Below are positions 37,344-49,300 of a stretch of 64,000 nt of DNA, piece after piece; position 1 is the first letter of the stretch; each line of letters starts with the position of its first letter. Made by a program: the position numbers and the translations under genes. The notes under the pieces were generated by a model. The model saw only the letters and a list, made by a program, of their open reading frames with translations. It was not told where the DNA came from and made no database searches. This stretch comes from Antedon mediterranea (taxonomy: Eukaryota; Animalia; Echinodermata): assembly GCF_964355755.1 (NCBI RefSeq), contig NC_092670.1, forward strand, positions 6,314,201 through 6,378,200. Reading direction: 5' to 3'.

Positions 37344-40300
37344 GATTTATACAGCGCACATATCCACTAAAAAATTAAATTGCCAAAAATATTTAATTGA
37401 CAATCCTATGGTTCCACCTAGGACAATCCAAAATACTGTACTTCACGCCAATACTAGAGACTTCAAGTTTATCATCGGACTCGGAACCAATCATTGTAGA
37501 CTCTGGGTCAATTTTTAGAATCTATTTCAAATCACATTGTAGTACAGGTCATTCATGGGACGCTTGACTAATTTTGCAAGGTCAATCATTTACTGTACTT
37601 CATTTAAATTTCGGGTATTCCCAGGTCAATCCTGGGGACTCTAAGCCAATTCTAAGACTTCAAGCCAACATTGGAGTTTCCAAGCCAATGATGAGAAATC
37701 CAGACCATTTATGAACAATGCTGTTTTAGACATTCCAGGCCAACATGTATACTCAAAACTCAAATTGTAATTGATAGATCTTCCATTATTTCACAATCAT
37801 TTGTATTCAAGTTTGCTCTATTTTATTTTAGTGTAAAGACAACACATTTACAACTGAGGCATTCCTAACAGTCATTAAGATGGCATCGACAATCGATGAA
37901 CTACAAGCTGTCAATCAAATATTAGACACAGAAATTGCCAAGCAACGATCAAAAGATGCAAATAAAAAGACAGAAGATGGTATGATGGATATTACATTCA
38001 TTTATATATCACAAATTCCATATACTTTATATTCAAATGATGCTTTCACTTTTCGGTTATTTTCAAACACGTATGAAAAGAACAGTATTTCATAATATTG
38101 GAACCAGTAATCAGCGCAGTTGGTGCTTTAACTTAACCCATAATGTACACTTGGGTGGAGAGAGGCAAACATAACATAATAGGCAATGTGACAAGGCATG
38201 CATTGGACTCAAACTCCCGATCATGTGATCAGAAATCCAACTTCCACTATACTCCAGCAACACTATTATAATGTTAAAATGATGGAAAAATTAGTACATG
38301 AATGAAAAAGAAAAGTTAAGAGACCCTGTCAACATTGTTATGCTGCAGTTACTCCAGTCAAATTTAGTTTACTCTTTAAACCTGATAAAGATAATAACAA
38401 TCATTATTTTACAAACATTGTTTGGATATTAAAATATACACACAGTTTATTGAAGTGAATGCTTCATAAACTTCTTCATTGAAACATTTTTGCAACAGAA
38501 GATTGCTGCAGTAACTGCAGTAGAATACTTTGGTCTTTAAATGCTACCTTTTTACTCAAAAGTTGTTTTATTTGTGTGTAGGTTCAGAACCAGATGCTAA
38601 GCAACAATTAAACAGTCTACAGTTTGTTAAGAAACTTTGTCTGCAAACGATACAACGCAGGAATGATGGCGACGATTACGAACAGGCAATGGAGGTGGTA
38701 TGTACTGCTACATAAAATTATTTAAAAAAAAGAAATTATAATGATAATAATAAGAAAAACAATAGGGAGGGTTCTTAACCTTACAAAATTCAATAATGAA
38801 TGCGGATACATCACACATTTGGTAAACTTTTGAGCTGATCCCCATTTGATATATGTAACCCATTCGTGTTGTGTTTATCACCATCATATTTGGAAGTACA
38901 AAATGAATATATATTTGATCTATTTTATCACCTTTTTGATGAGTGTTATAATAGTAAATTTAACATGCGTTTTTTAATTTCTGATATTACGCTAGGCCTA
39001 GTCAATCAACATGTACCTACACTTAGTTCAAAATTTACCGCAGTCATATTTTAAACTGGCTTACGAAAACAAATGTTTTTGTAATGTATCCGTTTTAGTT
39101 ATTATATTTAGAGGTTGTGAAACCTCCCTATTGGATGGATGAAAACCTCAGCATTTCCAACACAAAATTAAAAAAACAATATTGTTGGAAAGTTGAGTCT
39201 GTTGCTTTGGATACTTTTCACAACTTACATCTTTAAGCAAACTACGTATTCATTTTCAATTTTCTGTCTGTTCTTATCATTTTTAGGAGGTTGATGGAGA
39301 AGATGATGATTACTCCAACCTGTATTCATTACCATTCAATGTTGTGCTAGTAAATAATATAGCATTATCCCATTTTATAGGTAAGTTGGTTTTTTGTTGA
39401 AAATTCATATTAAAATAAAAAAAGTTATTTTTGTACAATAACATTTATTAGAAGTAAACTTTTGTTAGTATAATTTAAAATAAAGGACAATTTGAAAGAT
39501 GTCCTAGAAATGTAAGTATTACATTTATTAGCTATTAATAAAATAGAAATAGAAACTTTTACAATGACATTTATTATAAAACTGATGTTCGTAATTTCCT
39601 GAACTGTTTACTGTTTCAAAATGCTTTTGTTATTTCCACCTGCTTCTTTGAATATATTTTAACTCTGTCAAGTTTCAAATGGATTGATCTAAAATGAGAC
39701 AGTGTTCTTGAGTATTATAGGGAAAAATCACTTTAGAACTTTAAAAGATGGATTACCAGAATGAATGGACAATACAATCATCAAAGAGAAGCAAAAATGT
39801 TAATGATTTTTCTTATAGGCATGATCAACACACAAGAAAACAATTACTTACTCTTTCTAATAGATGTTCAATTAAATTTTATTCCAAATTTTGTTTTTTC
39901 AAAGTAAATGTATAGAATATATGAAAAATGTACAGGCCAAATACTGTGAAAGTAAAGTAATTAATTAATTGAAGCAACAAGGTACAAGATGACCCTATAA
40001 TAATCTGTGTCTAGTTTTCTACTGGTCATCGCCTAATAATCTAATTTAAAGAAGTGTCTGTAATGTGTGTCTTAAAATTCAAATCACATTAGCTTGTTTC
40101 TGAATGTGATTTAGTCACGTTAGTTAACACATTTCCTAACATTAATTCTTAATCTATTTTCAAATAGTCTAATTACAATACACACTTATGTTCTCTTTCT
40201 CGCATTAACGTTCGCTGAGTCACCAGACAACATATCACTAATAACTTTATTATACTTTTTAATATAAGTTTAGTAGGAAATTATTTATTTCTTCTACCAT

Positions 40301-43300
40301 TACACTGTACTGTACATTATTATTATTCAAGCCAATTATAAAATTAACTGTTTCACAAAATGATCTCATACTCTGCAGCAATATGACACATATGTTCTTT
40401 GTACATTAGTAAATGCTGATAATAAATTGATGTTCATTTACATTTTATGATTTATTGATTTCTGAATTATTATTATTATAATTTACAGGTTATATTGAGT
40501 AATCTATTGATTGTGTTTTCACAGAGTTTATGGGGTCAATTAATGCCCAATCTTACCTACATTTTTACCTCACTGTTGAAAGCTATAGAGTAACGGCAGA
40601 ACAGAAAATATCCGCGATTCACTTACAGCGAAAGCATCCGTCCAAAATCGCATCATCGCACGAGTTAGAAATGTTACGGAATGAAGCTTGGAGTATCTTT
40701 GAACAATACCTAACTGAGGATGTGAGTAACATTTATTTGATCTATATTCATAATCAAAATTTCACAACAAAGTTTTAACATTTAGATTATATATCCGAGT
40801 TTTCTTGGTATACACATATATGTTGATATAGGTTTGTGGTACACCACGTATAATAATTCTGAAAAGAACTGTTGAATTTCTCAACGTTCCATCAATATGC
40901 TTTGATCGTTCTCAGGAGTGAGAATGCAGAAAGTCTAGAAACAATGCTCTTCTATAGCTAGTTTCAATCCCTCCCACTGTGTGAACTTGCTATTGTTTCT
41001 AGCTTCATACCAGTCCCACCCTTTTCCACTTTTATACCAGTTTCCTGGACTTTTTGCATTCTCACTCCTGAAAATGTTCAAAGTATAGTAATCGAAACGT
41101 CGAGAAACTCAACAGTTCTTTTCAGAAGTAGTACACGTGGTGTACTGCAAACTTTATATCAACATTTGATTTCGCCATGCAAACCTTCAAACAATATATT
41201 ACACACATATATACATATCATATTAATTCTTCTGTATTGATACGTTTGTTTCTGACATAGTTTATTTTATTGTACATTAATAAAAACAAGTAATACTGTA
41301 GATATAAATTGAATAAAATGTATGAATTTATGAATAACGAAAGAATGCATGTGGGTTACAGAAAAAAGCAATATTGTATTTGTATTATTGATATTTGACA
41401 ACAAATAGATAATAAAATTATATCTTTCTTGTGTAAGAAAGAATACATTACAAGTTGCTGTACAGTGTTATTACAAACCTGGACAAATCTTGTGTGAATA
41501 AATTTTGGTTTGAATTTTAATCATGTATATAAATGAATTGTTTTCAAATAGAATGCAGATTAAATTTATTATAATTTTTCTATTTTTTTTTTCTACTTCT
41601 AAATTAATTTAATACTGTTGAAACTTCAATTAAATGAATCTGGAGTTTGTGTAATTAGACTATACTATTATGTCTATTTATTTTAAATACAATTCTGATT
41701 GTTTCAGGCATCCCATCGAATAAATATAGGGGATGATACGGTGTTAAAGAGAACGCACCAAAGGATTAAATTAGGAGAACCCTCTGAGAAAGTGTTTGAT
41801 GAGGCTCAGAAACTGGTAAGTTAAAGTTGCACTACTAAATTTAAAATCTTACCCATTTGCTTGTTCTAACTTCTAGCCAGATTGATGAAATTGAGATTGA
41901 TGAACTATAGTACTGTAAGCTCAACATTTTACTTTAAATTGAATAATTTTATGGGGCAGAGTGGACTGTAGTGGGTGCAGTTGAATTATGTAAATTTGAG
42001 CTAGGCCCACATATACAGTAGGCCTCGCATCAGTGTGAGCTGATGATTTTGTCTGCTGTGGTGGTTGCAGATTAAGAGTGCTGCGGTGAGCTGAAGGCCT
42101 GAGACTGTACTTTACTGTACTCTCTTGATTGTTTTTTCTTGAAATCCATTAGGCCATTATTACCCATTATGTATTTTTACTTTCATGATTTGTTTTTCTC
42201 TGTTTATTTAGGTATATAGGATCCTTCAGGAAGACCATCACTACTTAGCATTCAAACAGAGCTCATCCTATCGCAGATGCCTGGCTGAGTTAGACCTTTT
42301 AACGTCTAAGACCAACGGCAAACTCGTTGACGATGACAATCAGTTTGACTCGTCCCCAGAGAGCAGTATAGCTGCGGTAATGTCTAATTAAATTTATGTT
42401 TATTGGTAAAGTTTAAGCCTTTAAAAGCATGACATTTTGCTTATAACAAAAATTGATTTCAAATTTTTGTAGTGTAAACATTATTGTTTTATTAAAACAA
42501 ATTTTGTAAACTTCATACAGTATGTCATACAACTGTAAAATTATAAAATGTTAGGGCAAGAAGTTTCAACCAAAAAAATAATATTAGTGTTTTTTGTTTT
42601 GTTCAATATCTCTACAGTAACAAAGTGTATCCTTAATTGAGATGTGCACTGTGTGATATACCCAAATATAGTAGTGATATGCCCAAATATGGTAGTGATA
42701 TGACATCATCATGTCCATATAGGCACATCACATTTTTTTTCCATAAAATTTGATAGTGTACAGCCTTTAAGAAATATTGGTTTCTATGATTTACAGTTTA
42801 ATAGAATCTACTGTAAATGTTTTGTATTTTTTTTTTTCTTATTTTAAAATATTTTATTTCTTCTTTACAGTCATCTGAGGATCTGTCATCACTAGGCAGT
42901 GCTGACTCAATGGATAACATCTCAATGGAATCTGATCTTACACCAGATGCATCAGTTAATATCAATGCTGAAATATCAAATGCAAGTAAGTAACACGCAT
43001 ACATGAAAGATATATTTATTATATCCTGAAATTTACTATCAGTTTAGTATTCATATCATGTATAATAAATCAATATTATTTAAAGAGTATAGTAATGTTT
43101 TTAGTAGAGTCTGAGCCTGTAACTTAAAGTCAATATTTATAAGACACAAAACAGTCATGATATATAATCTAGGTTTTATGCAAAAGAAATATGTTTTTTT
43201 CTGTTGTGTATTCAAATTTTCACAATGATGTTTGTAATTGTTTATATTATAATTTTTTTTTCCATATTTACCACATTTTATATATTGTATTTCTATGAGA

Positions 43301-46300
43301 GTTTTAAGGCTCAAATTAATTTCTTGACAGATTTGGAATCCTTAGGACTAGTAGAATACATTCCATTTGGAGGCCATTTCTAGACTCTATTTTGGCCGAC
43401 ATTTTCAATTTTAAATTGGCGCGTATTTTTTAAACGACTTTTTAATTGCTCTTTCGTTGTTCTTCAGTACCCAGTAAAGACGTAACAGGAAAGGTGTACA
43501 CCCTGTACGTGATTCGTGTAACGCGCACCGACTCAAACGAGCACACAGAGATTTGGGATGTGTATCGTCGATTCAGTGACTTCCACGACCTGCATATGCG
43601 ACTTACGGATAAATTTGACAGCGTAGAGTCTTTACAATTACCAAGCAAACGAGCGTTCTTGAACACAAATAAAGCATTCTTGGATAAACGCTTTAAGTCA
43701 TTGACATCGTACATTGAGGTTTGTAAAGAATTTTGAGTGCTGTTTCTGTTGTTATTGTTCAAAATTGTACAAGTATTTAAAATGTAAACTATTTATTTAT
43801 ATTTACAGGCATAATAAACTCTAAAAAACCCAGTGATATTCTATACTATTAATTAATATTTTAAGATGAGAAAATGCGACCCAATCCAGATTTGAACTTG
43901 GAACCTTCTGCTTGATATGCAGACATCAAGCCATTAGAGCACTTAGGCTTTCATGCTATAGTTCAAATTTGGTTATTGCATCTATTAACATATACTTTTC
44001 GATAAGATTTCTATATTTGGCAAACCATTTCTCATGATCCTCTGAAACAATTTCAACAACCTACTGTAGATTAAACATGTTATAATAATTATAATTTTTT
44101 TATTTGATGTAGAAATTATTATTACATGAAATGTGGCTGAAATATCCAGGGATGCTGAATATCATATTGAACTTCTTAGAACCTGGGGAGTACTCACGTG
44201 GGAAGAGCAAACTAGCTCGCAAGGTAAGGAAACATACAGCTATTGTGAAGTCTAATGATCTGCCATACTCTTAAGACCAATTCACACAGACGAGCGGTAA
44301 CGGTAATATATAGAATCTATGTTATTCCTTATGACCATTACGGGTACACATTACGCGGAGTGGACGGGTGGTTTCTGGTCAGGATAGATACAGATTCTAC
44401 ATGGGACAAAATAGTCTTAGATCATCGAAAAATTGGAAACTCCCTATCTAGTATCAATGGTATATTCCTATTTTTGTTCTTATGATACAGGTATGGACCA
44501 AAAAATAATATGGAGACCAACAATCAAATGTCAAACTCTATATCAAACTAAAGCTCTGTCTACACTATCAAATTTATGTGTGACAAAAAAATGTGACGTG
44601 CCCATATATAGACATGATGATATCACATATTTCCATATAAATTATCACAACACATCACACTAGTTTGATAGTGTAGACAGAGCTTTAGGAAAAACCAAAT
44701 ATTTTACAATGTAGTTTTTGTCCCTATATCTGCATGTATACCGCTTTACAACATAAATAAATTTGTATTCATAATTATTACCTTACTTTGCCTCATCTTA
44801 TTTATTCTATTAGAGTATACCACCTTCTCTTATGTCTAGTACTAAGTACTTGGTAGGTTCTATTTGGACATTTCTTTTTGCATGTCCAATCATTTTATTT
44901 TGGTTCAATCATTTTTAGTTAAGCTCTGTCTACACTATCATACTTTATGTGACATTATATGGACATGATGTCATCTCACTACCATATTTGGGCATATCAC
45001 TACCATATTTGGGCACATCACATTTTTTTTTGTCAAACTTGTTTGATAGTGTAGACAGAGCTTTACATTCTGCTCAAAATTAACACTTTATGGCGTGACA
45101 TTTAAACTTTGACATCTGACCAAATTCACATTCATTTAGAAAAAAATTGTTACTGCATGGTTTTCTTTACCTTTTGAAACAAATTTTTAATTCGAGGGAT
45201 TTTCTCTGGTTTTTTGAGATTTTGTAGTACTTTAGATCCAATAATTAAAAAATCAAAAAAAAATCTCTTCAATAAAACTAAATTTAAACTAAATATTGTG
45301 TTATTTTAACAAATATTTTAACAACCTAAAATTAACAATTGTTAAATAATTTACATTAACTTTTTCAGTTAAATTTATGTTTGATTTATTTAATAGGTCC
45401 ATTTCAATTTAATTTGGTTTCATTTGTTTAAATTTATTTTATTTTTTATATATTTTTATTGGAATAAATAATTTTATATTATACACAACACATGTATTAA
45501 GGGTCTTTTACACCTGCTTCAGTCCGACTCTGGTTCAGCTTCAGCGAATGAAATTGAATCTCAGTGACCCTCCACGTGTCTGTGTACCAATTATTTTACT
45601 CTATATGCACGTAGGTGCTAGTCAGGCCGTGAAAAAGAAAGTCACCAATGCTGTACACGCAACTGAAGGCAAACCAAGGCAGGTGTAAAAGACCCTTTAT
45701 GCCAACAAAGCTTTAAACATAATATATAATATATAGAATTCTTTTTAGATTCATAATACAGTAGAACACATCTTTGGTACACCTCTTGTTAGGTGACATC
45801 CTACACTAAGGGGATACTGTCCTGTAAAACAAATGAGGAACAATATACAAATACTGAATGTTTATGAGTGCAATAGTACAAATAATTTCATTCGATGAAA
45901 GTAAAAATGTTCCATTTTCACTAGGCTTCATAAAATTATTTGTACCATTGCACTCGTAAACATTCATTATTTGTATAACAGCAAAGGCCTATACAGAAGA
46001 CACTTTGTTGGGTCCCAAATTGTCCCTTTAATAGGAGTTCTACTGCATTTATCATAAAAACTTCATACAGTTGTTCATAGATTCGCATACCACTTGCACT
46101 AAGCTTGTATACTCAATAAAATCATAGGCCTGCTTTCATAAAAAAACAACATAAAAAACCTAAATTGTTCATAGATTCTCATACCACAAACACAAGCACC
46201 AACTTTTTTTCAGCTATATACTCATAAATCATAGATTACCTTATTTATCATAGACATTTATTTGACATTATTTTAAAATTTCACACTTTTAAATCTCTAT

Positions 46301-49300
46301 CAACATCAATTTTCAGTATTGAAAAAAAATGTTGAAATTTCATGACAATAATATTGATCTCATATCCATAGTGAGACTATTCTAATTGTTGATAAAACAT
46401 TCTTTTTTAAATTATATATAGATTCTAAGGTTGCTTTGAAAGTCCTGTAGAATTTTCTTAGAATTTTTGGATTTTTTATAAGTAGTTTTGAAGTACAATT
46501 TGCTATGGCAAAATCTTGGAGAGTTTTGATGCTATAAGTCTGAATTGTTGGGAAATATATTTAGAGTATTTTAAATTAGATTGGAAAACAATATTGTGGT
46601 ATATTGCAGACCCTCATTTCAATAATGATGTACAAAAATGTGATCTGCTTATATATGGACATGATGATGTCTTATCACTACCATATTTGGTCATATTACT
46701 TTACTTTACTTTAAACATTAATTAATTTTTACTTGTCAGATGGACCATATTGTGAACCCTCTAAAGAACGTAGCCCATTCTGTGAAGTCAATGCCTGGCA
46801 ACCTGGTGGATGGCGTGTCTGCAGTAGGAGACAAGATGTCTGACAGCCTAAACAAAGTCATCTTCAGCAAGGTAAGCAAACAATACCCTTGTTACAACCT
46901 TCAATTGTACTTTTGGATGACAGTTTTTTTTTACAGTAAACTATCCCAAATCTAAATTATAATACATGGGTCAGATTTATCATTCATGCTTCATGCCATA
47001 GCTGACTTGTCAATGTATTTTACAGCCTTGGTAGGATAAACATAAAAGTGTCTGGATGTATACGAGTCGGGTTTTGACGATCTAGTCTTACTTTATGTTT
47101 ACATTTTGTTCCATCATAGATTTTTTTCCCAAAATTTATTTATGTGTAACTTGGTGTTATTTATTACAACCAGCATTGCAGAATGCTGTTTGGTGTTTTT
47201 CTGTTCTAATGACTGCAGCATTAATATGCTTTGCAATAAGTATATTTATGTTTTATTTTTGTTGCTTTTACTTTTCCTTCCTAGCCCCATCTGAAAAGAA
47301 TCAAGAAGGTTTGTACAGTCTAGTCTGTGTGCAGCAATTTATATGCGTACCTCACATAAAATAATAATGCAAACATTTACAGTGCCATAATACTTATTTC
47401 TAGCAATACAGATAAGGTCAAAGGTTATGATTTATTCATCTCCTATGCTTTACTGCTACTATTGTATAATAACTAATATTAATTACAAATTTTATTTATA
47501 TATAGTAGCTGTGTGTTTGTGAACTAACCTTTATGTTATTTTTAACTATTATAAATAATTATATTATTTTAATCTGCCTAAAACAAGCTTTTTAAATGTC
47601 TGCTTTATAGAAAAGTTTTGCTAACATTATTTGCTTAAACTTTATTTAGTCATAGTAACCAAAAAAGCATGCGAATTTAATGATTATTTAAATATAATAA
47701 TTATTTAAGAGGTTTTTTAACATATATTTATTTATCATAAGAATCATGAATATTATCTAATCTCTCTCCAGATAATTTACAAAAAATGTGTAAACAATCC
47801 ACATTATAGTGCAAAAAGTGCACTATCAATGGTTAACTAAAGATTTGGTCAGAAATCATGGGTATTGCTAAACACCGCAAACCCCGCAAACCTCCAAAAA
47901 AACATAGCAAACCCCACCGAACCAACATAAAAGTGATTGAATCATGTAGTGTACAACCCACTGGGTATATCAATGTAAAAAAAAAATTAAATTTCTACTG
48001 TTAACAACTTATTTTTGGGGTAAAACATCATTTTTTGGTCAAAAATGATTGGTAAACCCCGCAAACCTCCAAAAAACCATAGCAAACCCCACCGAACCAA
48101 CATTAAAGTGATTGAATAATGTAGTGTACGACCCACTGGGTATATAAATATTAAATTTCTACTGTTAACTACTTTTTTGCGGATAAAACATCATTTTTTG
48201 GTTAAAAATTAGCAATCATTTTTGACCAAAAAATGATGTTTTACCCCAAAAATAAATAGTTAACAGTAGAAATTTAATATTTTTTTTACATGGATATACC
48301 CAGTGGGTTGTACACTACATGATTCAATCACTTTTATGTTGGTTCGGTGGGGTTTGCTATATTTTTTTGGAGGTTTGCGGGGTTTAGCAATCATTTTTGA
48401 CCAAAAAATGATGTTTTACCCCAAAAATAAGTTGTTAACAGTAGAAATTTAATTTTTTTTTTACATGGATATACCCAGTAGGTTGTACACTACATGATTC
48501 TATCACTTTTATGTTGGTTCGATGGGGTTTGCTATGTTTTTTTGGAGGTTTGCGGGGGTTTGCGGTGTTTAGCAATACCCGAAATCATTAGTTCCAGACT
48601 CTTGTTTTATCTTGATTGATTCGCACCAGTATTGGTTGTACACTCAACATCATGACTTAATTAACATTGGGCATAAAACTAGCAACAGCATAATTTAGGT
48701 ACTTAATTAAAAATGTCAGCCAAAAATGTAAAATAAAGATAAAAAAATCATACTTTGAATATAATCTGTTGTAGTTTTCATAATTTATTCACTTTGGCAA
48801 AAAAATAAACAGTAAATTTAACCAGAAACCCATTTACTTGACTATTTTGGTTTTATTATTATTATATTATAGGTAAATTAAGTTTTATGTAACATTAAAA
48901 TGGCATCTTCAACAACAACATTTATTTTTTTATTTCTCCAGGAGGATAATATATTTTTAAATCATTTATTTTGTATTGTATATATATATATTAACACTTT
49001 CACAATGGCGGAAATATATATAGATATATTTCCTCAATGCTTTCACCAAATTTACAATATATTTATGCTATATTATATTATTCTGAGTGCTATAATGTAA
49101 TTCAAATTTGTAATATACATCATTTGTTTGGTAAAATAATGTGGTGTACAGTTTAACACATACAAGATTGGTTCACACTAGGATGCATCAAAGGATAGAT
49201 TTACCCTATAAGAAGCGACAAAGCTTTGTTTTTATGTGTGCGTGTGTGTGTGTCCTAGTGGGAACCAAGCTTCACTTGACATAGCTAACTGCTCAGTGCG

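Noticed and set aside
43875-43950. tRNA genes (also 2531-2597, 3180-3240, 36670-36730 and 49520-49572)
   Set aside because: Only degenerate A/B boxes without a complete cloverleaf; treated as tRNA-derived repeat fragments
47050-47095. C/D-box snoRNA in the duplicated intronic segment
   Set aside because: Box C and D motifs are not conserved in order between the two copies, and no terminal stem is evident
48942-48977. Possible extra SNX13 cassette exon (ctccag|GAGGATAAT...)
   Set aside because: Weak donor (gtatat) and intron-like AT-rich composition
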